Of a stretch of 64,000 nucleotides of DNA, positions 13,581-26,060 are shown piece after piece (positions within the stretch are counted from its first letter, which is position 1; each line of letters starts with the position of its first letter). The notes under the pieces were generated by a model that saw only the letters and a program-made list of their open reading frames with translations, was not told the origin of the DNA and made no database searches. This DNA comes from Vicugna vicugna (taxonomy: Eukaryota), in assembly GCA_013265495.1 (NCBI GenBank), contig MU058584.1, positions 6,414,407 to 6,478,406 on the forward strand, read 5' to 3'. The position numbers were made by a program, and so were the translations under genes.

Positions 13581-15802
13581 GTTAGTAAGTCTATATATCC
13601 ATGAGACTTTTTTCCATTTACCTTTTTCCCCCCATTGGGCTTTGAAGAAATACAGTTTCAACATTTTGTCTGTTTTGTATTTTAACTTAGAAATGTAGTG
13701 AATAAACTATTGAAAAACGGCTACCATCTAAATATAAGTTGTCAGTGTTAGCACTTTTATGTTTTATGTTATTTAGTCTTCGTAAGTTGTACAATGCATG
13801 TTCATTATTTTTACTTCACAGGTGAGATATTTTGGACCCAGAAAAGATGCTGCATTCCCCAAAGTGAATACACAGCTAACAATTAGCAGAGTTGTGTCCA
13901 CATACAAGTCTCTCTGGATCCAAAGTGTATGCCCTTTACACTCACCAGAACCAGTTCTTATATGTGTAGTGCTTCTCCCCAAGTTGAACCCAGTCTTCAG
14001 CTTCCAGAGATTGCATCTCCATTGGCCCAGAAAAGGATACTTGTAAAGAAACATGAAGGGGTGGTCAAAGGAAAAGTATAGAAGATTGAGGGGACTAATT
14101 AAATAATTCAGCTGCATCATTAGATTCCTTTTTATTCTTTATGTAATGTATTTGTATTAGAAACTATCTCCAGAATTTAATTTAGCCACATTCTTGTGGA
14201 AATTGCTATTTTATAACCCGTGAATTCTTATAATCAGAATTTTTTTTTATTATATAGTTTATGTTTGAATAACTACTCTTTATTCGTTTCCTCCTGATTT
14301 ATCACTCGTGGGAAAGAAAGAATGGTATTTGTTTCTGTTTTCCATTTTCTGAGTCTTTCTATTTCAAAATGTCCTACATTTTCTAATCTCAGATATTTTT
14401 CCAATCTCTGCTGATCCAGATTCTGTACTGAGTTTAAAGTGTTTCCAGCCCACCAGGGATTTACAGCCAAGAAATCATTTTGACAAGAGATATAAAGCCA
14501 CATGACTTATGAGACCAAAATTAGACAAGTGCATACATTTAGTGTCTTTTAAGTGTAGTTTACCAGCAAAGTCCCAAGACAATTGAGAGTGGGTGTACAG
14601 GTGGAAGGGTTAAATTGAGCTGGAAAATTTAGACTGAATGTCATTAGGAAAATTATTATTTTTTTGGTACTTGGGAAAATTTTCAAAGAGGATGTAAAAT
14701 CTCTGGAACTGTTGTTGAAAAAGAGGCTGTAAGAGGGGGAAAGGAAAGCTATATCTGACATCTCACTTCTCTGACAGAGGCAAAGGACAGGCCAGAGAAT
14801 AGTAGAGAATGAAGGAGGGGAAGAAGGACTAGAAAGCAGAAGATCCCTGCCTAGTGAGTTCCTTGATAGCGTACACCACAAAGACCCCCGAAGGAGAGAT
14901 GCCCCGAAGAAAGTAATGGTCAGAGAAAATCCAGGTGTCAGTGTTGCAGACCGTTTGGATTAGGGTGCTGGGTGAGCTGAAACTAAGCTATCTGGTGAGG
15001 GGATGCCCACAGTAGTAAAAATGAGAAATGCTAGCACCGAGGTGGAGGCTGTAGGAATGGAGAGAAAATGATAATTTTACAGTTTCTCTAGGTCTGAGAA
15101 TAGAGATTTTTGATACAATAGCTGTGAGAAATGACATTAATAGGAATCAATAGCTTCATCATTACCTTGTTTAATTTGACTTGACATTACGTTTATGAAT
15201 TTACAGGAAATTTTAACATACTTCGTTCAGAGTTGGGTAAATTGGAAGACAATTCTTGTTTTCAGATCTTTGGAGTTTTTCTTTAGCCCAGCTTTCCAGT
15301 CTTAACTCATAGTGTTTCACTCCATTTAAAAATGTTTAAGATCTAGAAAAGAGTGAGCAAATTGAAAGAAAATGTATGAAATAAATATTGGTTGTTGTGC
15401 GAAGAGTGTTACATGGTTATAGAGAACTAAGATATAACATTACGTTACTTATAGGCCAATTTATTTTGCTTTCCATTTTACCTATAACACATAATTAATT
15501 TAAACAAGTTTCTTTGTACTCCTAAAAAATACCAGAGTACTCTGGCTTCCAGTTTGTGGGTTCCTAGATTATATACATATAATGGATTTCAAAGGGCCAA
15601 TTTATGTAGGCCTTCTTTGCTTCAAATCATAGTCTTTGTTCCTATTAGAACAAAATAACGAGCTGCAGATGGGTTCCCTTTAAGAGGGCTTTTGAACGAA
15701 AATATACATAATCCGGTTGATTAAATTTTATACTTAGGAACTGAGACTGGTAAGGTGTGGAATGGAGCTTCAGAAACTCATTTTTATACTTTTGCTCCCT
15801 AG

Positions 15803-15904
15803 GCAAGAAAAATCTCGTTGGGAAGTCCTCCAGCAAGAACAGCGGCTGATGGAAGAGAAAAATAAACGTAAGAAAGCTCTTTTGGCTAAAGCTATTGCGG
15901 AAAG
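15803..15904 (+). CDS. GORAB: GORAB coding exon 3 ([34 protein letters not shown])
   Basis: Acceptor tttgctccctag, donor AAAG|GTGAGG; 102 nt; encodes the GORAB coiled-coil peptide in frame with exons 2 and 4. Confidence 0.96.
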
Positions 15905-16734
15905 GTGAGGCACCTGCACCAGGAGAGGCTGTTTGTAACCTGTAATCAGTTCTGTCGTGTTTTGTATTTCTTTTCCCATGTCTGTTCTAATAAATGACAT
16001 TTTCTTTACAACTATCACTTTTAAGGCCAACTAAACAAATTATGCTTTGCAAATTAGACTGAAATTCCAGTCCTAATTTATTAAGGAGCTCATAATAAAC
16101 TTTCGAATACAAGTGCGATTAAAACTTAAGGATCATCATCAGTGTTTTCAGTTTTAACCGTCTACACATTCATAAGGGAGCGGTAAACAGCTCTCAGTGT
16201 AAGTAAATTAGCAATGAATGCAGGTTTTAATTTTGACATAGACCTTAATCATCCAACGTGTAGAGGAACAAAACTATTCCACATAAGTGATTTAAGTCTT
16301 TATTGTATTTCCTGTGGACATTTTTCTTAATGTGTTCTGCCCCCACAGATAGAAGATACATGATGTAGTCCAACTTTTTATCGGTGACTCTGGATCGTCA
16401 TTATGAGCATTGTCCCATGTTATGTACGGTTTTTCTCTCACCCTCCTTTTCCTTTACTCTCTCATATTGGCCTTGAACAGCAACATTCCTGTTTGAGCCA
16501 CTTTTCCCATCCCTCACCCACTCTTCTCTTTTAGTTTGTAGTTTCCAAGCCTAGTCAGTAAAGCAATGATTGAGAATAGTGAGAACTAAATGCAGGCAAA
16601 TATTCAGTGTCATTTTCTTTTTAAATCTCAAGAAAAGTCTCACAAAGCTATTACTGATTGAAGCTGGTATATGTGTTGGGGGAGGGGAAGGAACAGGGAT
16701 AGAGAGAAAGGCAGGTGAGGATAGTAACTCAGTC

Positions 16735-17458
16735 ATTTAAAAGTCTACAAGTAGTGAATGCTGGAGAGGGTGTGGAGGAAAGGAACCCTCCTACATTGTT
16801 GATGGGAATGTAAATTGGTGTGGCCACTATGGAGAACAACAGTATGGAGGTACCTTAAAAAACTAAGAACAGAATTACCGTATGATCTTGCAATTGCACT
16901 CTTGGGTATGTATCTGGAGAAAACTCTTAATTCTGAAACATACATGCAAGTTGTGGTGTATTTATATAATGGACTACTACTCAGCCATAAAAAAGAATGA
17001 AATAATGCCATTTGCAACATAATGGATGGACCTAGAGATTATCATATTAAGTGAAGTAAGTCAGAGAAAGACAAATATCATATGATATATCAATTATATG
17101 TGGAGACTACAAAATAATACAAATGAGTCTATATTCAAAACAGAAAACTCACAGACATAGAAAACAAACTTATGGTTCCCAAAGGGTTGAGGGGGGCAGG
17201 GAGGAGAAGGATAAATTAGGAGTTTGGAATTAACATATACACACTACTATATATGAAATAGATAACCAGCAAGGTCCTACTGTATAGCACAGAGAACTAT
17301 GTTAATATCTTGTAATAACCTATAATGGAAAAGAATCTGAAAAAGTATATATAAATACATATATAACTGAATCACTTTGCTATACAGCTGAAACTAACAC
17401 AGCATTATAAATTAACTATATACTTCAATGAAAAAAAAAGGTTAAAATAAAAAAAAAT
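16735..17458 (+). mobile_element. 5'-truncated LINE-1 3' end with A-rich tail in intron 3
   Basis: ORF 16815..17000 ([30 protein letters not shown]) is the L1 ORF2 C-terminus; followed by L1 3' UTR and an A-rich tail. Confidence 0.9.
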
Positions 17459-18671
17459 TTTTAAACCGCGATTCAGGATTTTGAAAGTAATGATTTTTTT
17501 CCTCTTACTGGTACACCTTGATCTTCCAGGAAATAGTCAACTTACTGAACTTATGTTTCAAAAAGAGAAACTATGATTATTTAAAAATGATGATTGAAAA
17601 GCATCCTCACTTTGGAAGAGGTTGGGAAGGCTGTTTACTGGGGATTTTACAAAAAGATTTACAGGCTCAGCACTTCTTCTGTACGTGCTTTTGATTTAAG
17701 ACAGAAAGCACTGATATGGATAGAAATGTAAGGAAATATAACATGATTAGATTATTAATAAATGGACAGAGAGGTACTTGAAGTAAAAAACCGTACAGTT
17801 AGCTTTTGTAGGCAGAAAACAAGGGGAAACGCATAATGAAGTAGAAATCAGGAGAATGTAAGTTGCCGTATAGTGGTTTTGTTGGGAGTTCTTTTTTCCT
17901 GTGAGGATGTGAAATGAAATTTCAAAGTGAGTGAAATCATGACTAAAGGTTGGCTTTTGTATTTGTTTATTCTGTTTCTTACGTCGATGATTTAGTTGGG
18001 CTTGGTGAATAGACTGAGAGATGATGAGGTGGGGAAACAAGGGGGAAAAAAGAGTGGTTTTGAGCCCCCTCAAGAGAATTTTGAGGACCTGTACTTTTAC
18101 CTAAAGAAGGACTCAAAGCAATAAAAGTTTGGGGAAATGAGTCCTAAGAAAATTAAAATCAAATAGATGTTTTCAGACGTATAAAGAAATGGTGTTCAAT
18201 GGAGGCATCTGTTCTTGGTGTCCAGTAAGTATCAGACAAATGAAAATGAGCTTAAGAAGAAGAATTTAAGGCTAGAAGTTTGGAAAGCTGTGTTTGATGT
18301 TCCAACGTAAAGAGAATACAGACAGGTCCTTTTAGTGCTTATGCTCATCCTTACGGAATGTAGACAATCAGTGAACTCTTTATTGCTGTTTCTTTTAGTG
18401 TTACTTTCTCCCTTGTATATGAAAACAATATGTACTGATAGAAACTTTGGAATAATAAGGAGAAAAGTGCAAATGCAGGCATAGAGATACACCAGGGTGT
18501 TCCTAGCATTTATTTCCATTTTTCTGGGGTTTTTTTCTAATTTTTAAAAAATTATGCATTATAATCATTACTGTATACACAGTAGCTTGCTTTTTTTTTT
18601 CACTTATATTGTGTATGGATATATGATTTTGAAATGTTTTTGTTTTTTCACTCATGTTCCTTATTTTCTAG

Positions 18672-18812
18672 ATCTAAACGAACTCAGGCAGAGACCATGA
18701 AACTAAAGAGGATCCAGAAGGAGTTACAGGCTTTAGATGACATGGTGTCAGCAGACATTGGAATCCTCAGGAACCGGATTGATCAGGCCAGCCTTGACTA
18801 TTCATATGCTCA
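18672..18812 (+). CDS. GORAB: GORAB coding exon 4 ([47 protein letters not shown])
   Basis: Acceptor ttattttctag, donor CA|GTAAGT; 141 nt; lies in ORF 18634..18816. Confidence 0.96.
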
Positions 18813-21300
18813 GTAAGTTGGGGAACTTGAGCTCTGAATAGAGTTTGATTTGATTAACATTTATTATTAGCTGGGCCGGGGCATTTATGTATGTCACTGT
18901 TAACCCTTTTAACAACCCTATTAGGCACTATACTTATTCCTGTTTTATACTTGGTCCTGTTACCTCCTCCAGGTCTTCCTTAACCCTGCCCTACCTGTTA
19001 ACCTTCTTCATGTCCCTGTTAGAGCACTTCTTGCATTATTTATTTATATTTCAAGTCTTCCCTGCTAAGCCATCAGCTGTTTAATGTGAATGACTTGTCC
19101 CCAGATTCTGTGTATTATTCTAACACCAATTCTGTGCTCTTTCTTTGAGAAATGTTGATTGTCTTAAGTTGTCTAGAGATTCGCCTCATTCTCATTTCAG
19201 TTTTCATCAAAGAAAGGTCTACTTAATTTTTTTAGAAACCTTTGAGTATTTTAAATACCACTCTGTCTTAAAAGCTCAAAGTGTTTTCTCTTGTTTTTCC
19301 TCTTTCAGTTATACTCTGTATAGAATGGTTTGCTGTCACGTGTTTCCTTGATTTCAATGATTGGCATTTTTTTAAAGAGAAAAAATCATCATGGAGTGTT
19401 CTCAAAACAAACTAACACATGTAAAGAATTACACGAACTTTGCAAACAGATAAAAGAGCAAAAAATTAAGTCCAATTTCAGGGTTTTCTGTCCTTTCAGC
19501 ATTGCTTTAATCATCCTGGTTTGTCCTTTTTCACAAGGAAATGCTGTGTCAATGATTCAGTTTTGCATCTTTCTCTGTAACACTAGAAATCCATCAGAAT
19601 GCCTCATTAGTCCAGGGTAAACCACAGCATCAGAATGTTTATATAACAATTTAAAAGCGGAAATGCTTGATTGTGGTTTTTAATTCACTGTTTATTGTTT
19701 AAGAAGGAGGTTTGTGGTGTCCTTGTGATTTTTGTCATTGTTGTTTGACCATATGCTATTAGACTTAATGGGTTGCTTTTATTAATTAACTGCATAAATT
19801 AATGCCGTCAGTAGCTGATAACCAGCAGTTCCATTTCTCTTAATGAGGTCATTAAGGAGGTAACCAAGATTTTATTAAGATTAAATTAAGCCTAGATTTT
19901 TACCACATTTTATCCTCTGTAACTTAAGTTTGCTAGAGGAACATTTTTATACCTTTGTAGCCCTTTATATGAATAATTCAGATTATTCTGGATATCTCAG
20001 CAGAAAAATCATTTGAGTATGTTTTAATTCTATCCTGGAGGTGGCTGGAGAAGGAAGCTATTCTACATTGAACAGCAGATAAGAAATGTCATAGTTTTAG
20101 CCTTCAGAGAACCACATGGAAGGGAGGACTAGTGCTTAAAGAAGACATCCCATCATATATGAATATTTCAAGTGAAATTTTAGTACATTTTTACATAGTC
20201 AAAAGATTTTACCTGGTAAATTTTTACATCTCTTAAGCTAAAGATGACAGTTTCTCATGTTACTGATATTGACCTAGTTGTACGTGAGTATATCCTTGTT
20301 GTACATGTAAGGTTAATTTTTAAAACATAAGCTCTTGAATGAAGTCAAAGAGAAGCCGTAGACAATTATGGCTAGAACCAGGGTTGTGTCTTGTTCATGC
20401 ATAAGATTAAAACAACATTTTCTAAATTTACATCTGTAGTTACTAAGCAGTGATAGATTGGTGATACAATATTATGGTCTAGCTTTCTACTGGAAGGCAA
20501 TCCCTAGGGCCTTCAGTTTCTGTGGTTCTGTGGGAGATTTCCTAGTTTTGTTTTGTTTTTTTTAATAAAAATAATATGGTAGTTCTGTAGTGCCTGGTAC
20601 AATGCTATGTCCACAGAAGGTTCTTGGATATCGAATAGGCCAGAATTCACCTTAAAATTGGTTTCTGTAGAACAGTGTCAAGGTGGACACCTGAGGAGAC
20701 AGCACTTTGGGCGAGGCGGCCTGAGAGAGTTGTCGCTGCTGCTGCCATTCACAGCTGTGATTGTAACGCTGCCATGTGCTGTGCAGACCAGCTTGTAAAA
20801 CTGAGTGGCTGCATGTGGAGCATTTCTTTAACCCTCAGTATGCCAGGAAAACAGTCATCACTGTTCACCATCTATGTGTAATAGACACTCCCATACACCA
20901 TGCACATACCTGCGCACATACATGTAAAGAAGTGAGAATAAAAAGGATTGTGGGAAACAACTTTAAAGATTTAATGAGACTGTAAGCATAGCACGCCTCT
21001 TTGCATCAAGTAATGTTTGACTCCAAACATTGTAAAAAGCTAAAAGAATGTGGTTATGTCCTTTCAGCATTACAGGACAGTCAATTTTACTTGTAAAATA
21101 TTGTATGATAAAGTTCTTCTTGTTGAAATTATTAACTCTATGAGAATAACATATTTCCTTTTTATCCTCAGAAATATATTTTTCACTCATTGATTCTTGA
21201 GTTTGAGAAAATTCATCTAGGACTGTTTTTCTGACGACTCATACTCAGATTTTCCTTGTATGGTCAGTTTCACTGTCTAATGTCTAGCCTGTCCCTGCAT

Positions 21301-21660
21301 TGTATTGGTTTCCTGGGGCTGCCATCGCAAATTACTGAAAACAACAGAAATGTATCGTCTTACATTTTTGGAAGCCACAAGTCTGAAGTCAAGGTGTCGG
21401 CAGGGTTGCTCTTCCTTCAGGGACTCTAGGGAAGAATGCATTCCTTGCCTATTCCAGCTTCTGGTGGCTGTAGACGTTCCTTGGCTTGTGGCCACATGGT
21501 CCCATGCTTCCTCCTATTTTCTCTCAAAACTTCCTCTGCCTCTTTCTTAAGAGGATACATGTGATTGCATTTAGGACTCAGCTGGATAATCCAGAATAAA
21601 CTCCCCGCAGAAATCTTTAATTTGGTCACATCTTTTGTCATTTAGGGTAGTATTCCCAAG
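21301..21660 (-). mobile_element. MaLR LTR (MLT1C-like) in intron 4
   Basis: tgtattggtttcctggggctgcc...aagtctgaagtcaaggtgtcggcaggg...tccagcttctggtggctg, typical MLT1 text. Confidence 0.8.
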
Positions 21661-23702
21661 AACCTGTGAATGGTGTCGCCATTCTTCTTTTATACCTTTT
21701 TATTAAACGGTGGTATAATACTTTGGACAACATAGTAAGGAAGCTAAGTGGTGGTGATTTATTTCATTGTACTACCATCCTTTTAGGTCATTCTGTCATT
21801 TTTTGTTTTCAGATTATTTTAATTTTTTAGCATAAATGGGAATAATTAATGAATAATGAGGAAATAATTCCTAAGGTGATGAAATGGCAGAATATTTCAA
21901 GATAAAGGAAAAATTGTATTTTAACAATCCCATAATGTATCTTAGATTTATAGAAGGGCCCAGTGGACCCAGAGAGTAATTGCAGAATATAATTAGTTTT
22001 AGACTATTTTTTCAAAAATGTAAGTAAATTTTCTCTTCTCTGGAAAACTCCTAAGAAAGGATAAATATCAAGATATGTTGATCCTTATAAATAGTTCGAA
22101 CTGCTCGGAAAAGAGACTAAAAAATTAAAAGTGTTTCAGTGGAACCTGATGGTGTGCCAAGGGTTAATGGTTGAGTTTTTTACTTATTTTTTTAATTTCA
22201 TGGGTACCGAAACCAAGAGACAGTTTCTAGAATTCTTTAAATAACATTCATTAAATCATTCAGTATTCCTTTAAAATAACAAGACAATTCTGTAATTACA
22301 TTTCCAGTTCAATATGTCTTACTGTGTTAAGTATAATGCTCTTATTATTCTGTTCCACAGTATGTCTTCATACTCTCGTTTGGTATTATCCATCTGACCC
22401 TCAGACTCATAGTGCAGTTTGTGAAACGAATCAATATTTTGAACATAAATCACTCTGTACAAGAGTATATATGCATGTTTCTGGCCAGAAGGACTTTAAA
22501 TAAATAAACAAAATGCAAAATCTTCAGTGATTTATCCAGGGTGAAAGATCAATGGAAACCTAGGGACCTATTTGCAAATTTTAATTTCAATTCAGCATTC
22601 ATGAGCCCAGTCAGTAAATCTTTACTAACTGCCTTCATCTGGCTGAGAGAGACCACAGACTTTCAGAGAAGGGAGGGGCAGGATATATATATACCTGTAG
22701 AGAATGTTGTCAGAGCTCTTAAGCTTGATGAAAGAACATTCATGGACAGGATATGTTATACCTGGTCACCATACTGGAATTTTCAGTCTCCGCATGCCTT
22801 TTCTCCAGCCTCTTCCACAGGAACCTGGCTGCGTTTTGTATCCACGAGGGTGATCCTGTGGCACTTCTATTAGAACAGAGATGGGAACTCCAGAACATTT
22901 AACCCACAGGCTAAAGGGGGTACGTGGCACGGCCTGGCACTAAGAGTTCTTTTTAAACTTATACAAGTCGAATGAAGCCAACCCAGGCCCTCCCTCTGGA
23001 ATTTTGGGATCGGAGCACTGAGAGATTGAGTGGAATGAATGTGATGAGCCACAGCTGGTGGCCATATTGGGCTGTGAATATGATAAGAAAGTCTAAATGA
23101 GAAAAACTGTGGTTTCTGAGCATTGAAGAGAATCGCCTTTGATTCTGATGACATGCCTGTGAGATTGCCTCTTGTATCCTACAATAAAACGCACTTTTCA
23201 CCTGAGCTAGTATGACTGAATATCTGTTCATTACATCCAGAAAAAGCCTTCCCCAAAACAGGTACGCACATCATAAATGGCAAAGGCAGGTTTTGAATGC
23301 TGGGTTCTCTAAAAGCAAAGCCTTTTATTTTTTCACTATATTTCCTTCCAAGTCAGAGAATCTCACATAAGGAGACATACCTGTGTCCTTTTTGCTATAA
23401 TTCTAGTACTAGAAATTATGTGTTGCATTGAGTTGATAAAGGCAGTCATAACAGATGAGACAGCATGGCCTTCACAAATGTTTTGGTAACTAAATAGAAT
23501 GGTTGGTAAGTGGGTTCAACTTCTTTTGTGGGCAGAAAGAAAAACAATACATTATATGGAAAAGGCAAAAAAGAAAAGAAAGAAGATCACAGGGTGACTT
23601 CCCCAATAGAATTACCCTGCTTCAAATAAGACTGTCATTACCTATCTATCTATGCAGTTTCTATATATGTAAATATAATAGACTTCTCTTAATAAAGTCT
23701 AA

Positions 23703-23910
23703 CAGTGGTCCATTGTTGCAGAGTGGAGAAGTTGAGAAGAACTTAACCCTTTAGGAGACATTTAGTAATGTCTGGAGACATTTTTCGTTATCACAACCAG
23801 CAGGTGCTACTGACAACTAATGAGAGAAGGCCAGCTTGCTGCTACACACGCGCCCCACAACAAGAATCATGGCCCAAGTTGTCAGTAGTGACAAGGTGGA
23901 GAAATCCTCC
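23703..23910. mobile_element. MER20-like hAT DNA transposon relic
   Basis: ggagacatttagtaatgtctggagacattttt...gccccacaacaagaat...gtcagtagtgacaaggtggagaaatcct resembles MER20. Confidence 0.7.
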
Positions 23911-24127
23911 TTAAACTTACCCTGAAGTTTTCTATTTTCATTAATGTTTACTCCTTGCTTCCCCCTAGTATCATTCCCCTGGGTGTGCTCTGTCCCATTT
24001 ATATTCACCTCCCAATCACTGTCCATGTCCTTCACCCAAATTTCTCTACCTTTTCTAGTACATTCATCGAAAGAAACAGATTTCCTACTTTCTCCATCTC
24101 TTACTGTTTTACCTCTCATGAGTGTAA

Positions 24128-24308
24128 CCAGTTGTGCGCTGGAGCCGGCTTGCACTGGATCATGAGAGAGAGATTGTGTACATCTCCCCAGTTCTGCATT
24201 CAGTGCCACACAGATAGTTTGAAATTGGCCATGGTGATAATATTTTTACTGCAGAAATTAACAAACAGCTACAAATTAGGACTCTCCCCCAGTGGAGCTA
24301 GCACGCTT
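24128..24308. mobile_element. MER63A-like DNA transposon relic
   Basis: ccagttgtgcgctggagccggct...gaaattggccatggtg...gctacaaattagg resembles the recalled MER63 consensus. Confidence 0.65.
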
Positions 24309-24588
24309 GAATTAACCCTCTCAGCCTGCTTTCATTCACACACACAGCCTGGGGAAGAAGAAATGAGTGCAGAATTGTTAGATTAGGAGAGCCCAAATGT
24401 GCGTGCTGTGCAAGTTTCAGCAGCAGGAGCCTGTTTTGTCTGATAAGTAGACAAATGTTTGTAAAGCCGTATTTTCGTCATATATTTTTTTTTCTGATTT
24501 TGGAGTTTAATTATTGTTTCCAGGCCCTCCTTTGAATCTCTTTTTGAATGGAAAACTAACGGACCGGTCTTTGTGCCTGTCCCTGCAG

Positions 24589-25048
24589 GAAGCGGTTTGA
24601 CAGGGCTGAGGCAGAGTACGTTACGGCAAAGCTGGATCTGCAGCGCAAGACTGAGCTCAAAGAGCAGCTCACTGAGCACCTCTGTACCATCATACAGCAG
24701 AACGAGCTCCGCAAGGCCAGGAAGCTGGAGGAGCTGATGCAGCAGCTGGACGTGCAGGCTGATGACGAGTCTCCGGAGCTCGAGGTGGAGGTGGAGAGAC
24801 TGCTGCGTGAACAGGAAGCAGAAGCAGGGAAACAGGTGGTTCGCTCGGAGAGACCATCTCAGCCTTGCGGGGAGCGTGGGACATTAGGGTTTGCTGAAGA
24901 GAACAAAAAACATCAAGAGCAAGCTGCTTCCCAAAAGGGTGATGAACAGTGCGAAAACACGAATAGCATTCCCCTTCAAAATCCAGCGCAGCCAGATCAA
25001 GACGTTGAAACGACTGTAACAGACATTTCAGCTTCTCTGACCACGTGA
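24589..25048 (+). CDS. GORAB: GORAB coding exon 5, terminal ([10 protein letters not shown]...DISASLTT*)
   Basis: Branch-point-like ACTAAC at 24555-24560, acceptor cctgtccctgcag; open to TGA at 25046-25048. Exon total 61+349+102+141+460 = 1113 nt = 370 aa plus stop. Confidence 0.96.
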
Positions 25049-26060
25049 TGTGCCAGTGTTTGTTCTTCATGACTGCCGTGGCACTCGGTAACCTTTCTGT
25101 TAACTGTTCCATGACCTCTGATAGATAAATGCCTCTTTAAAAGTATATTAATTTTTGAAGCCATGATTAGTTAGGATAACGTGTTTGACTATTCTAAAAT
25201 CTCAGATTATGGTAATTTTTTAATATCGGGGCATAGTTCACCTTGATTTGGGTCCAGCTCCTTCATTGTACTCTTATTACTGGGTGAAAACAAGTGATTT
25301 AAAGGGATGGAAGGAAGACTACATGGTTAAGAGTGTTTTTAGGCCAGGTAAATACAGAAAAGTAAAGTGAAAAGTGATTCTCAATACCTAATTGAACTCT
25401 TAACTTCTCCTGAAAGAAATGTTGAGCATGAAAGTCCTGTTTTATGTAATCAGTAAAGAGATACAAAAACTAACATGTGAAACAGAGAGAGTGAGACACA
25501 ACTAACAAAGGTGGTGGGTTACATTATCCATCCAGATTTTACTACAGTTGTAACACAACTGGGAAATTGTAATTTACAGGAAGAACCAGACCACTTAAGC
25601 CAGCATCATTTTTGTTTTCAGTTTTCCTTTGGAATAGCTTTAGTTCACAACCTGAGTTTTGGCTGGTTGATACACATGTGCACACAGACAGAAACACACA
25701 TACATATGTCATTTCAGTGTTAATATATATTGTCTTTAATCAGCATGTTGATTCAGTTTAGACAATGAAAACATTTCTACAGTGAGACTGAAAAGAATAT
25801 AGAGAATCTTATTGCTACTTTTGGTTATTTTAAAAAAATGACATATTTTCTTTCTAAAGTCACCTGTAAATGTGTTTTATGTTGAATATAAATTATCCTG
25901 TCATAAAACATTTAAATTGTTAAAATGGTGGTTTTCTTATTACTTCGGTAGTTCGTTCATTTCCATCACTAATGCTTGACCACACTACATTGTGCTATAA
26001 GTGACTGTGTAAATAAATACTGTAGTTTCATCACAAAATCTATGAATATCACATTAAATT
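25049..26060 (+). other. GORAB: GORAB 3' UTR with candidate poly(A) signals
   Basis: AT-rich non-repetitive sequence after the stop; AATAAA at 26012-26017 and ATTAAA near 26053. The true 3' end cannot be fixed from sequence alone. Confidence 0.55.

Noticed and set aside
24383..25112. Antisense ORFs of 98 and 140 aa over exon 5
   Set aside because: Shadow ORFs of a GC3-rich coding exon.
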